64,000 bases of DNA from Candidatus Nomurabacteria bacterium (GCA_037130925.1 JBAXSC010000001.1:176182-240181), one strand, 5' to 3'. Counted from the stretch's first letter, positions 46,181-55,809 are shown. Numbers and translations are program-made. Notes: generated by a model from the sequence alone, not told the origin.

Positions 46181-46861
46181 ATGAAAAAGTTAGTATTGTT
46201 GTTTGTTATTTCTATTTCGATTTTTACTTTAAGTACTGTATTTGCGCAAAATCAAACAAAAGATTCTTCTGCCGAATGGCATAAAATGCCACCCACTTAT
46301 AAACAGTGGGAAGATAGTCAGGTTGTAAAAGATTCATTAAAACTTACTTCCGTGGAACTGTGTTCTGGAAAGGGAGCAGTTGCATCCGGCCTTTATGGTT
46401 GGACAACTTTTGAAAATAAAAAGTCTTCTTTGATGCTCACTTTGAGTGCGGAAGATCTTGAGGTTACTTACCTTAAGAAAATTTCAAAAACTTTTTCCAC
46501 TGGGCTGAATGTTGGATACTGGATTAACGTGCCCTATATTTCAGGGCAAATAACCTGGAGTCCTACTAAGTATTTTGGAACATTTCATTGGGTTGGTTAC
46601 GGGTTTGGGGATCCAGGAGGAAGTATTAGTGGACCAAGATTTTTCTTTTCAGTGCAACAGGCAACTGTGACATTGAATAAAAATTTGTCTGGCAATTATA
46701 CTCTTATCCATTATTTAAATAATATTCCAACTCATGTTGGTAATATTAAATATACAGGAAAAGTGAATAAAGACTTTTCTGTATATACCAATGTTGGCTG
46801 GGATTTTACCAAACAGAGTCAATTACTTCAGTTAGGTTTGGTTTATAAACCATTCAAGTAA
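46181..46861 (+). CDS. hypothetical secreted protein (signal peptide; beta-rich, Trp/Tyr/Gly-rich)
   Basis: N-terminal MKKLVLLFVISISIFTLSTVFA. Confidence 0.45.
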   Translation: MKKLVLLFVISISIFTLSTVFAQNQTKDSSAEWHKMPPTYKQWEDSQVVKDSLKLTSVELCSGKGAVASGLYGWTTFENKKSSLMLTLSAEDLEVTYLKKISKTFSTGLNVGYWINVPYISGQITWSPTKYFGTFHWVGYGFGDPGGSISGPRFFFSVQQATVTLNKNLSGNYTLIHYLNNIPTHVGNIKYTGKVNKDFSVYTNVGWDFTKQSQLLQLGLVYKPFK

Positions 46862-46874
46862 AAAAAATTTTAAG

Positions 46875-46905
46875 GACCGTCTCGAAAGGGGCGGTTTTTA
46901 TTTTT
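46875..46905 (+). terminator. rho-independent terminator with GNRA tetraloop (copy 1)
   Basis: GACCGUCUC-GAAA-GGGGCGGUU followed by TTTTATTTTT. Confidence 0.7.
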
Positions 46906-46945
46906 CTCAATAATGTTATAATTTAATTATTAATTAATAATTTAT

Positions 46946-47620
46946 ATGAAAAATAGATTTGAAAAAGATTTAAGAGATTATAATGATAAGCTTGTAATGC
47001 TAAATGCTTGTAATGAAACATTAAGATTGGTAATGGCTTTTGAATTTAAAAAAATATATAAAAAAGATTTAAAGGTTATAGAATTGGGTTGTGGAGAAGG
47101 ATTTTCTATTAAACCTTTACTTGAAAACACAGATTCAAATTTTGATTTGCTCGACGCTTCTAAAGAAATGATTGCTTCAAATAAGAAAAATCTTAAGAAA
47201 TTTAGTAATAGATTAAATTATATTTGTGAAGACGCTTTAGATTACTTAAAAAAATCAAACACTTATAATGTAGTTCTTTCTTCTTGGACTATTCATAATT
47301 TTGATAAAAAAGATCGCCTCGAACTTTTTAAAGAAATTTATAATAAGTTATCAAAAAATGGATATTTTATTTTAATGGATAAAGTTTATCCAGATTCTGA
47401 AAAAACAGCTAAAAGTTTATTAGATTTACAATTAAAGAGATATAAATATTTACCAAATCAAGTCTGTAAAGATATAACAGAGCATGAAATAGAAGATTTT
47501 TCTAAAGACTTTAGAATTTCTCAATCAAACCTAATCAAAACACTCAAACTTATAGGTTTTAAAGATTTAACTATAGTAGATAGAGTGGAAAGGGATATAG
47601 TGTTGGTTGCAAAGAAATAA
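46946..47620 (+). CDS. class I SAM-dependent methyltransferase
   Basis: Motif I VIELGCGEGFSI. Rossmann-like motif spacing. Confidence 0.7.
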   Translation: MKNRFEKDLRDYNDKLVMLNACNETLRLVMAFEFKKIYKKDLKVIELGCGEGFSIKPLLENTDSNFDLLDASKEMIASNKKNLKKFSNRLNYICEDALDYLKKSNTYNVVLSSWTIHNFDKKDRLELFKEIYNKLSKNGYFILMDKVYPDSEKTAKSLLDLQLKRYKYLPNQVCKDITEHEIEDFSKDFRISQSNLIKTLKLIGFKDLTIVDRVERDIVLVAKK

Positions 47621-47637
47621 AACTAAAGATCGTCTCG

Positions 47638-47670
47638 AAAGGGGCGGTTTTTATTTTTGAATCACCCTGT
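47638..47670 (+). terminator. rho-independent terminator, identical copy 2 (CGTCTCGAAAGGGGCGGTTTTTATTTTT)
   Basis: 28 nt identical to 46878-46905. Confidence 0.7.
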
Positions 47671-47785
47671 TTCTACAAATTTTTATTTCATATTCATTCA
47701 TAAAAATTTAAGAAACAGACCTCTTTTAAGAAAGAGGTATTAAAATACAAAAAATATTAATTAAATTAATTTTATATTTATGATT

Positions 47786-48529
47786 CTATTCCCCCAAAAC
47801 CAATCTTTTGAATTCAATAATATTTTCATTTCTGATCTGTATTGATTCTCCCAAAATTTCCGGTTGTCTATTTGTTAAAAAATCCCAAACAGCGATGTCT
47901 CTTGCAAGTATTTCTCTGGTAAAAGTTTTTATGTTTATAAAAATATCTTGAAAATTTAATTTATATGGATATTCTGCATTGAATGCTATCGCTTCTATTC
48001 CATTTTTTCTAGCTATAAATACAGCTCTCTCATTATGAAATTTCTGAGAAATGATTGTTATTTTATTTTGATTAAATATTTCATAGCTTCGTAACACAGA
48101 GTCGAGAGTTCTTCTTCCAGCAAAATCTGAAATTATATATCCAGAATCAACTCCTAATTTTAAAAGAGAGTTTCTCATATATTTTGGCTCGTTGTATGAA
48201 GCTGTCCTATTATCACCTGAGACTATTATGTATTGTATTTTTTTGCCTTCCATTAATTCTTTTCCAGCATTCATACGAGTAGTAAAAAATTTACTAGCTT
48301 CACCAGAAAGTGTGACAGGGGATGTCCCGAGTAAAAGACCAACTTTATTATTTGGTAAATTATTTATATCAGAGTAAATAAATGGTTTTGAATAATTAGA
48401 TACATAAGAGTAAATGAATAATGAGATTATGATAAATAGAGATATTAATATAATAAGAAAAACAAAGGCTTTCTTTAATATTTTTTTGAAAGCTAGATTC
48501 TTGATCTTTTCTATTAAAATTCCTTTCAT
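47786..48529 (-). CDS. SanA/YdcF-like (DUF218) membrane-anchored protein
   Basis: N-terminal TM followed by …YIIVSGDNRTASYNEPKYM… DUF218 core. Confidence 0.6.
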   Translation of the reverse strand: MKGILIEKIKNLAFKKILKKAFVFLIILISLFIIISLFIYSYVSNYSKPFIYSDINNLPNNKVGLLLGTSPVTLSGEASKFFTTRMNAGKELMEGKKIQYIIVSGDNRTASYNEPKYMRNSLLKLGVDSGYIISDFAGRRTLDSVLRSYEIFNQNKITIISQKFHNERAVFIARKNGIEAIAFNAEYPYKLNFQDIFINIKTFTREILARDIAVWDFLTNRQPEILGESIQIRNENIIEFKRLVLGE

Positions 48530-48587
48530 AGCTTTTATTTTTAAATAATAGCAATTATTTATTAAAAAGTCATTATTATAAATATAC

Positions 48588-48616
48588 TTGACAAATATAT
48601 ATTAATATGCTAAGAT
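48588..48616 (+). promoter_or_regulatory. sigma70 promoter TTGACA-N17-TAAGAT
   Basis: TTGACAAAT box. Confidence 0.5.
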
Positions 48617-49005
48617 ATATACAGGTTGAGATTAAGTTTATTTCAACAAAAAACATTAAAATTAAAAAAATAATAATGGAAAGTACATTTAAATTTACAG
48701 AAAACAATCCTGGAAAGAAAGATCTAATTATCGATGCGAACATACATAAGTTCCTGGGAACATTATTTATCGCATTAATTATTTTTGTGACAGGTATAAT
48801 ATATACTTGTTCAAAAAATTTTGCAGAATTTGGATCTTTTGAAAAAACAATTGGAATAGATCTTATTTTATTTTTTATTGGAACGCTCGTTATATTAAGA
48901 GCCTTCAGTAAGACAATAAAATATGGAAAGAAAGCAATAACTTTTTTTCTTCCAAATGTATTATTATTAGCAATTTCAGTTTTGTTTTACATATTTTTTA
49001 CATAA
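48607..49005 (+). CDS. hypothetical membrane protein
   Basis: 132-aa ORF with two hydrophobic segments. The true start may be the internal ATG (MESTFKF…). Confidence 0.35.
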   Translation: MLRYIQVEIKFISTKNIKIKKIIMESTFKFTENNPGKKDLIIDANIHKFLGTLFIALIIFVTGIIYTCSKNFAEFGSFEKTIGIDLILFFIGTLVILRAFSKTIKYGKKAITFFLPNVLLLAISVLFYIFFT

Positions 49006-49076
49006 TTGTAAAAAAGACTGAATTGCAATGAATGTTTCGACCTAAAAAGTTGGAGCATTTTTTTATTTTATAATTG

Positions 49077-49157
49077 TGCCGAAGGTGGGACTTGAACCCA
49101 CAAGCCGTAAGGCATGCGATTTTGAGTCGCACGTGTATACCATTCCACCACTTCGGC
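49077..49157 (-). tRNA. tRNA-Leu (anticodon CAA), type II with long variable arm
   Basis: Reverse complement GCCGAAG…anticodon loop CTCAAAA…variable arm TGCCTTACGGCTT…GTGGG-TTCAAGT-CCCAC-CTTCGGC-A. Confidence 0.8.
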
Positions 49158-49243
49158 AAGTGTTGCTTTCTATAATATCATTCTAGCATATTTTGGATTT
49201 TTTTTCATGCTATAATAGCCTCATAAAAAGTTTAATTAAAATT

Positions 49244-50464
49244 ATGGCAGAGCTACAAAATGCAATTTTTTGGATAGAAACAGAAAAAATTTTACCAAAT
49301 CCATATCAACCTCGCAGAGAGTTTGATCCGAATAATTTAAAAGATTTAGCTGAAAGTATACGTCAGTATGGTGTTTTGCAGCCTCTTGTGGTGACTCGTA
49401 GAGAGGATCCACATGATGATGGATCTATTTCTGTAGCTTATGAATTAATCGCTGGAGAAAGAAGACTCCGTGCTTCAAAATTAGCAGGAGTAAAAGAAGT
49501 ACCTTGTGTTGTACGTATTGGTGATGACAATAGATCAAAATTAGAATTAGCTATTATTGAAAATATTCAAAGAGAAGATCTTAATTCTGTAGATAGAGCA
49601 AAATCATTTCAACAATTAGCAGATGAATTTAAATTATCTTGGAGTGATATTGGAAAGAAAGTTGGAAAAAGTCGTGAGTATGTTTCAAACACTGTTCGTA
49701 TTTTGATGCTTCCTCAAGAAATACTTGAAGCTTTGATTTCTGGAAAGATTTCAGAAGGGCATACTCGTCCACTTTTGATGCTTATTGATAAACCAGCAGA
49801 GCAAATTACTTTATTTAAAGAAATGCTCATGAGAAAAATGACTGTTCGTGAAGCAGAAAGTCTTGCACGCAGAGTTGCTTATGAAAAAATTCGCAAAAAG
49901 TCATTAATGGCAAATCCTGAAGTGATAGATTTAGAAGAAAAATTAGCAGAGAGTCTTGGTACAAGAGTTCATATTGAGCCAAAAGAAAAAGGAGGAAAAA
50001 TTACAATTGATTATTTCTCTTATGATGAATTACTTTCTCTTGCGACTCTTATTAAAAGAGCTGGCGTAGGAAAAACTCATGAAGGAATGTTTGATAAAAT
50101 TAGAAAAGAGATGAATTTTGATTCGGCTTCACCACTTGCGAATGCAATAATGTCAGAAATGGCAAAGCAAGAATTAGAAAATAATCCAGAGCCTATCTTG
50201 CCTTCAGTGGAAGTTGAAGAAAATTTACCAGAAGTAGTAAATCAAGAAAGTCATACTGGAGAAATTTTAGTTGAAAATAATTTCAATAATAATTTCCAAA
50301 ATCAAAATACTTTTAATAATTCAAATAATCTAAACAGTCTAAATGATTTCAGTTTTAATAATCATGAAGATTCAAAATTAGAAGATGATAGAAGTAAAGA
50401 TGAAATAAAAGCAGCAGAAGAAAGAGAAGATGATTTGTATGATATAAAAAACTTTAGTTTATAA
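49244..50464 (+). CDS. parB: ParB/Spo0J-family protein with Asn/Gln/acidic-rich low-complexity C-terminal extension
   Basis: …LQPLVV…ELIAGERRLRASKLAG… ParB box. HTH region. -10 TATAAT at 49211-49216. No adjacent parA. Confidence 0.85.
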   Translation: MAELQNAIFWIETEKILPNPYQPRREFDPNNLKDLAESIRQYGVLQPLVVTRREDPHDDGSISVAYELIAGERRLRASKLAGVKEVPCVVRIGDDNRSKLELAIIENIQREDLNSVDRAKSFQQLADEFKLSWSDIGKKVGKSREYVSNTVRILMLPQEILEALISGKISEGHTRPLLMLIDKPAEQITLFKEMLMRKMTVREAESLARRVAYEKIRKKSLMANPEVIDLEEKLAESLGTRVHIEPKEKGGKITIDYFSYDELLSLATLIKRAGVGKTHEGMFDKIRKEMNFDSASPLANAIMSEMAKQELENNPEPILPSVEVEENLPEVVNQESHTGEILVENNFNNNFQNQNTFNNSNNLNSLNDFSFNNHEDSKLEDDRSKDEIKAAEEREDDLYDIKNFSL

Positions 50465-50509
50465 AAATAAAAAGCTACAAATTTGTAGCTTTTTATTTTA
50501 ATTAAATTT

Positions 50510-52057
50510 TTAACTAATAAAAAATCTATCAAGAGTACCACCAAATTCTTTTAGATAATTTTTAATATGTCTCTTTGCTAGAGCTGTAGAAGCATATTCG
50601 ATCCATTTACGAGTTGGCTTTGCATCTTCTTTTGTAATTATTTCTACTATATCTCTATCTTTTAATTTAGTATTTAGTGCTACGAATTTACCATTAACTA
50701 TAGCGCCAGATGTATGAAGTCCAACATCAGAATGTACTGTAAAAGCAAAATCTAAAACTCCTGATCCATGAGGAAGCTCTATAATATCTCCTTTTGGAGT
50801 ATGTATAAACAATTTTTTATCTAAAAATTCTTCTTTAATATTTTTAATAAAATCTTTATTTTCAGAAATGTTTTCTTGGGCTTTTAATAATTCTTTTGTC
50901 CAAGATATTTTTTCATTTAGATTTTCTATTCTGTGTTTTTGTTTTTCTGTTTTTATTTTTTCCGTATCTCCGGTTTCTTTATAAAATAAGTGAGAGGCGA
51001 TACCATATTCAGCTTCTTCATGCATTTGTTGTGTACGAATCTGAACTTCAAATGTTCCTCCTTCACCGTCAAAAACTGTCGTATGGAGAGATTGATATCC
51101 ATTAGGCTTAGGCATGGCGATATAGTCCTTAAATCTTCCAGGAACAGGCTTGTAGAGCCCGTGAATAACTCCTAGTACTTGATAACAAGTACCAAGATCA
51201 TCAACTATGATACGCATGGCTGCAATGTCATATACTTTTTGTATATCCCAATTATATTTCTTTAATTTTTCATAAAGAGAATAGAGATGTTTTAATCTGT
51301 GATCGATTTTAATAAAATTAATATTAAAAATACCAAGCTCTTCTTTTACTCTGTCTAAAATTTTTAATAGATAATCTTCAGATGAAGATTTTGTGCTATC
51401 AAACATTTCTTTTACTTTTTTATAATCTTCATGGAAAGCATAAGGAAAAGCTTTGTCTTCTAATTCTGATTTTAATCTACCCATGCCTATACGATCGGCA
51501 AGGCGAGCATGGATTTCTAGTGTTTCTATTGCTATTCTTTTTGCTTTATCTTCTCTTAAATATTGTAAAGTTGAAACGTTATGAAGTCTATCGCAGAGCT
51601 TTATAACAACGACACGAATATCTTCTGCCATTGCGATAAAAAATTTACGCATACTTTCTACATGACGCTCTACACCTTTATATTTAATTGTTCCAAGCTT
51701 TGTCACACCTTCAATTAAAAATAAAGTTTCTTTTCCGAATTCTTTTTCAATTTCTTCTTTTGTTATTTCGGTATCTTCGAGAGTATCATGTAAAAGTCCA
51801 GCCGCAATAGTAAATGTGTCCATATTTTGCTTTGTAATATTTATAGCTGTTGCTATACAGTGATTAAAATATGGCTCGCCAGAATTACGAACTTGTCCTT
51901 CATGTGCTTCTTTAGAAAAATTATATGCTTTTTCTATGTATTTTTTATCTTCTTCACTTAATAAATGTCCAGCAGGGACTGCAGAAAATATCTCTTCTAC
52001 ATCCGCTGTTAAAAAAGTTGTGTTCACATTATTTTCTGTTATTGGTGTTTCTGTCAT
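50510..52057 (-). CDS. rel: (p)ppGpp synthetase/hydrolase, RelA/SpoT family (HD + synthetase + TGS; no ACT domain)
   Basis: HD motif …HDTLEDT…, synthetase …YQSLHTTV…, TGS-like …IHTPKGDIIELP…. Confidence 0.85.
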   Translation of the reverse strand: MTETPITENNVNTTFLTADVEEIFSAVPAGHLLSEEDKKYIEKAYNFSKEAHEGQVRNSGEPYFNHCIATAINITKQNMDTFTIAAGLLHDTLEDTEITKEEIEKEFGKETLFLIEGVTKLGTIKYKGVERHVESMRKFFIAMAEDIRVVVIKLCDRLHNVSTLQYLREDKAKRIAIETLEIHARLADRIGMGRLKSELEDKAFPYAFHEDYKKVKEMFDSTKSSSEDYLLKILDRVKEELGIFNINFIKIDHRLKHLYSLYEKLKKYNWDIQKVYDIAAMRIIVDDLGTCYQVLGVIHGLYKPVPGRFKDYIAMPKPNGYQSLHTTVFDGEGGTFEVQIRTQQMHEEAEYGIASHLFYKETGDTEKIKTEKQKHRIENLNEKISWTKELLKAQENISENKDFIKNIKEEFLDKKLFIHTPKGDIIELPHGSGVLDFAFTVHSDVGLHTSGAIVNGKFVALNTKLKDRDIVEIITKEDAKPTRKWIEYASTALAKRHIKNYLKEFGGTLDRFFIS

Positions 52058-52097
52058 AAATTCATTTTAACATTAAATTATGTTTTGACAAGTGTAT

Positions 52098-52126
52098 TTG
52101 ACATATTTAAATTAAAATTATATAAT
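52098..52126 (+). promoter_or_regulatory. consensus sigma70 promoter TTGACA-N17-TATAAT
   Basis: TTGACA 52098-52103, TATAAT 52121-52126. A second TTGACA lies at 52085-52090. Confidence 0.65.
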
Positions 52127-52150
52127 ACAAACAGTTACTAACTATTAAAT

Positions 52151-52492
52151 TTGTTATTTATGTGTTTACCCAGAATTCATATAGAGAGGTTAGAAAATAC
52201 CTCAGAATTCAAAGAAGTTATTTTAAATGATCCTGCAGAGTGTTATAAGGATTTTAATCCCGATTTAACAAAACCCTGGTCTAAGGGTATGTGTATTTTA
52301 ATTTCTAATACAGAATACAGTTATGTGTTTGTGGTATTAATCAGAGGTGTGCAAACTTATTTTGCGCATATTCCAAAATACAAATTTGCTAAATTTGGAT
52401 CAGATTGCGTATTTCTTGCAAAAGAAGTTGATAGAGAATTGATGAAAAATAAACAATCTCCAATTAATTTTTTTCACAAAAAAGCTTCTTAA
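52151..52492 (+). CDS. hypothetical protein
   Basis: 113-aa ORF downstream of the consensus promoter. Confidence 0.4.
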   Translation: MLFMCLPRIHIERLENTSEFKEVILNDPAECYKDFNPDLTKPWSKGMCILISNTEYSYVFVVLIRGVQTYFAHIPKYKFAKFGSDCVFLAKEVDRELMKNKQSPINFFHKKAS

Positions 52493-52529
52493 ATCTAAAA
52501 AGAATTTAGATTTAGTAAAAACAAAGTTA

Positions 52530-52571
52530 TTAAAAAAGCATTACAAAAATCGGTAATGCTTTTTATTTTTT
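52530..52571. terminator. bidirectional terminator
   Basis: AGCATTAC-7 nt-GTAATGCT followed by TTTTATTTTTT. Overlaps the topA stop. Confidence 0.65.
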
Positions 52572-54779
52572 CTCTATTTTATGAGGATTGTGATTTGGAC
52601 AAGCTTTATTTGAACATCTTTCAGGAATAGTTTTTGTACCTTGCATCATTAATTCATGACAAAGATTACAATAATTTCCAGTAGGCTTTGCTTTAATGGC
52701 TAATTTACAATCAGGATAATTTGAACACGAATAAAATACTCCAAATCTTCCACGTCTTTCTTCTATATATCCAGTCTCGCATTTATTACATTTAACTCCT
52801 GTATTTTTCTTTTGTTTTTCTTCTTCAGATTGCTCTATATATTTACATTTTGGATAATTACTACAAGCTACAAATTTTCCAAATTTTCCAGATCTTTCAA
52901 TTAACTTTCCTTTTTCACATTTTGGACAAATCTTTCCTGTATCTTTTGGACCTTCCATTATTTCTCCATCAATTGTTCTGGCGCCAGAGCAATCAGGAAA
53001 TCTTGAACATGATAAGAATTTACCAGACTTGGAAAGTTTTACTATCATCTTTGATTCACAAAGAGGACATTTAATATTTTCTGGAGCTTCACCAAAATTA
53101 TTTGTCTTTTCTATTTTATCTTTGGCTTTTATTTCTTTTTGAAATGGTGCGTAGAAATCTGTTAATAATTTTTTATAAGTTAATTTTCCTTCAGCAACTT
53201 CATCTAATTCATTTTCCATTTCTTTTGTAAAGTCATCAGAGATATATTTTGCAAAATTTTGCTCAAGAAAATCAGATACGACCTCTCCTGTATCAGTAGG
53301 TATAAGTGCTTTATTTACTTTTTCTACATATCCACGATCTTCAATTGTTGAGATTATGGATGCATAAGTAGAAGGACGACCAATATCTCTTTTTTCTAAT
53401 TCTTTAATTAAACTCGCTTCACTATATCTTCCTGGAGGAGTTGTTTCTTTTTCGAGACTTCCTAGAGCTTTTAAATTTAAATCATCACCAGCTGTGAATT
53501 TTGGTAAAGTTACATCTTCACTTTTTCCATCTGGATCAACTTTTAGCCAGCCACTAAATAAAATTACAGACCCATTTACTGAAAAATTTGGATAATCTTT
53601 TTTATTTTTTAAATTTGCTAAAACTTTTGTTCTTAAAAGTTTTGCGTCACTCATCTGTGAGGCTACTGTTCTATTCCAAATTAAATCATAAAGTCTCTTT
53701 TCATCACTATTTGCTCCAACTGATTCTGTATTTACATGTGTAGGACGAATAGCTTCATGAGCTTCTTGAGCATTTTTAGATTTTGCTTTATAAAATCTTT
53801 TTTCTAAATATTCTGGTCCATATCTTTTAAGAATTAATTTTTCTATTTCAAATACAGCAGAAGATGCAAGATTCGTAGAATCTGTACGCATATAAGTAAT
53901 AAAACCTTTTTCGTAAAGTTTTTGTGCTACCATCATTGTCTTTTTTGGAGCAAAGCCAAGTCTACTTGATGCTGTTTGTTGAAGTGTTGATGTTGTAAAT
54001 GGTGCACGAGGAGATGATTTTGCATTTGTTTCTTTTACATCTTTTATTTCCCATTCACTTTCTTTTCCTTCTTTAATTATTTTTTCAGTTAAATTTCTAG
54101 CATCATCTGCACTTAATTCTGGATTAATACCAGGCTCTAATTCACAATCAAAGACTAATTTATATTTCTTAGACTCTTTCATTTTTCCAACAGTCTCTAA
54201 TTCTGCTGAGATATTAAAATAAGTTACAGGAATAAAAGCTCTGATCTCGCGCTCTCTTTCCATAATAATACGAAGAGCAGGTGATTGAACTCTACCAGCA
54301 GAAAGTCCATAACGAACTTTTTTCCAAATTATTCCAGATAAATCATATCCTACCAATCTGTCTAGTACACGACGAGCTTCTTGAGCTTCTTTTAAATTCA
54401 TATCTATCTCACGAGTATTCTTTAATGCCTCTAAAACAGCATCTTTTGTAATTTCGTAAAATACTGCACGTTTTGATTTTTTAAGATCACAAGCTTCACG
54501 TACATGCCAAGCTATCGCTTCTCCTTCACGATCGGGGTCAGTTGCGAGAATTATCTCATCTGCTTTTTTACCTAAAGATCTTATTTCTGAGATAACTTTT
54601 TCTTTTCCTTTTGAAATTTCATATGTAGGAATAAAGCCGTTTTCAATATCGACGGCTTTTTTATTTGATTTAGGGAGGTCTCTCACATGACCTACAGATG
54701 CACGAACTGTATATTCTCCACCTAAATACTTCTCAATAGTCTTTGCTTTGCTAGGGGACTCTACAATTAATAATTTCAT
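52563..54779 (-). CDS. topA: DNA topoisomerase I
   Basis: Toprim N-terminus MKLLIVESPSKAKTIEKYLG, catalytic region …YITYMRTDS…, C-terminal C4 zinc ribbons. Confidence 0.95.
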   Translation of the reverse strand: MKLLIVESPSKAKTIEKYLGGEYTVRASVGHVRDLPKSNKKAVDIENGFIPTYEISKGKEKVISEIRSLGKKADEIILATDPDREGEAIAWHVREACDLKKSKRAVFYEITKDAVLEALKNTREIDMNLKEAQEARRVLDRLVGYDLSGIIWKKVRYGLSAGRVQSPALRIIMEREREIRAFIPVTYFNISAELETVGKMKESKKYKLVFDCELEPGINPELSADDARNLTEKIIKEGKESEWEIKDVKETNAKSSPRAPFTTSTLQQTASSRLGFAPKKTMMVAQKLYEKGFITYMRTDSTNLASSAVFEIEKLILKRYGPEYLEKRFYKAKSKNAQEAHEAIRPTHVNTESVGANSDEKRLYDLIWNRTVASQMSDAKLLRTKVLANLKNKKDYPNFSVNGSVILFSGWLKVDPDGKSEDVTLPKFTAGDDLNLKALGSLEKETTPPGRYSEASLIKELEKRDIGRPSTYASIISTIEDRGYVEKVNKALIPTDTGEVVSDFLEQNFAKYISDDFTKEMENELDEVAEGKLTYKKLLTDFYAPFQKEIKAKDKIEKTNNFGEAPENIKCPLCESKMIVKLSKSGKFLSCSRFPDCSGARTIDGEIMEGPKDTGKICPKCEKGKLIERSGKFGKFVACSNYPKCKYIEQSEEEKQKKNTGVKCNKCETGYIEERRGRFGVFYSCSNYPDCKLAIKAKPTGNYCNLCHELMMQGTKTIPERCSNKACPNHNPHKIEKK

Positions 54780-54892
54780 AAAAAGTTTTAAGTTAAAATA
54801 AAAATAGATTTAAATATAAAAGAAATACAGTAAATTAAATATGTTTTTTATTATAACACGGGAGTATACACGAGATTTTATTTTTTGCAAAA

Positions 54893-55168
54893 TTATAAAG
54901 CAATTGTATGTACAAAATTTATCATAAACAAAAAAATAGATAAAATCAAAACTAGGTTAGCTAGTATATTAAATACATATTCTTTATTCTTAATTTTGTA
55001 CCAAAAATACACTATTAATAAATCAGATATTATGAATACAGTCCATACTGTAATTGGATTATCTAAATATATTCCTCCTGGGTGAGAAATTTGTAAAAAC
55101 ATATACTCTAAAAATATAAATGCAGATGAATTTATTGTCGTTAGTATTATAGAAATTATTTTTTTCAT
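54893..55168 (-). CDS. hypothetical small membrane protein (3 TM)
   Basis: 91-aa ORF. Confidence 0.35.
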   Translation of the reverse strand: MKKIISIILTTINSSAFIFLEYMFLQISHPGGIYLDNPITVWTVFIISDLLIVYFWYKIKNKEYVFNILANLVLILSIFLFMINFVHTIAL

Positions 55169-55261
55169 ATTTGTTTTTCTTCATTATACCACTTTATAAA
55201 AAACAAAAACCATACTTCTTCTTATCTCGTATTATTAATTAAATTAGTAATAATAATAGGA

Positions 55262-55430
55262 AATTTAAGTATGTATGGTTTTAGCTCGAGATGGTCAAAC
55301 ATCCGATAAGCATTAGCTTTTTTACCTATTTTATCCAGCATAAGCATTAGTTTGGATAGGTAAATTTTTAATCGTCGCAGTGACGGCTTGTAAGAACTAG
55401 AAGAGTAGTATAACTCTTTTAAAATTTTTT
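55262..55430 (+). ncRNA. candidate structured small RNA (unclassified)
   Basis: Local GC rise. Stacked hairpins (TTTACCTAT…ATAGGTAAA enclosing TATCCAG…TTGGATA; CGTC-gcagt-GACG; AAGAGT-agtata-ACTCTT followed by TTAAAATTTTTT). Duplicated 11-mer ATAAGCATTAG in loop positions. The overlapping minus-strand 70-aa ORF reads the repeat in two different frames. Confidence 0.3.
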
Positions 55431-55461
55431 GCAAGAAAATTATTTTATAAATAAAAAGCTT

Positions 55462-55490
55462 TGTATTTTTACATACAAAGCCTAAATAAT
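55462..55490 (-). terminator. terminator of the 55499-55789 minus-strand gene
   Basis: GCTTTGTAT-tttttac-ATACAAAGC, with a T-run on the minus strand. Confidence 0.55.
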
Positions 55491-55498
55491 TATTAATT

Positions 55499-55789
55499 TC
55501 AAATTAAAAAGAAATTACAAAAAAAGCTTTTTTTTAATAATATTTCAATTTCTTTTGAAGTATCAGAAAAATTTTTAATTAAAGGATCATTGCGATCATT
55601 AAATTCTTTACCGAATGAAATTTTCCCACATTTAATTTCATTGGCCAGCTTTTTTGTTTTTCTAGATATTATCTTTAATTTAAATATTTTTATCCATATT
55701 ATAAAAATAATAAATGGATTTTTTACTATTATTTCCATTGAAAATATTTTATTTGTTTTTAAATAAATTTTACTTATATAGTATAACAT
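55499..55789 (-). CDS. hypothetical protein
   Basis: 96-aa ORF. Confidence 0.35.
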   Translation of the reverse strand: MLYYISKIYLKTNKIFSMEIIVKNPFIIFIIWIKIFKLKIISRKTKKLANEIKCGKISFGKEFNDRNDPLIKNFSDTSKEIEILLKKSFFCNFFLI

Positions 55790-55809
55790 TTATTATTACT
55801 AAGTCAAGT

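Noticed and set aside
55280-55420. Minus-strand reading of the 55.3 kb interval contains GCT AAT GCT TAT GCT GGA TAA (ANAYAG*), which looked like a tmRNA tag-peptide ORF
   Set aside because: No tRNA-like 5' or 3' domain is present anywhere nearby (no GGGG…UCGAC start, no …GGUUCGAxUCC…CCA end). The tag does not end in AA. The motif is better explained as a duplicated 11-mer in a candidate sRNA.
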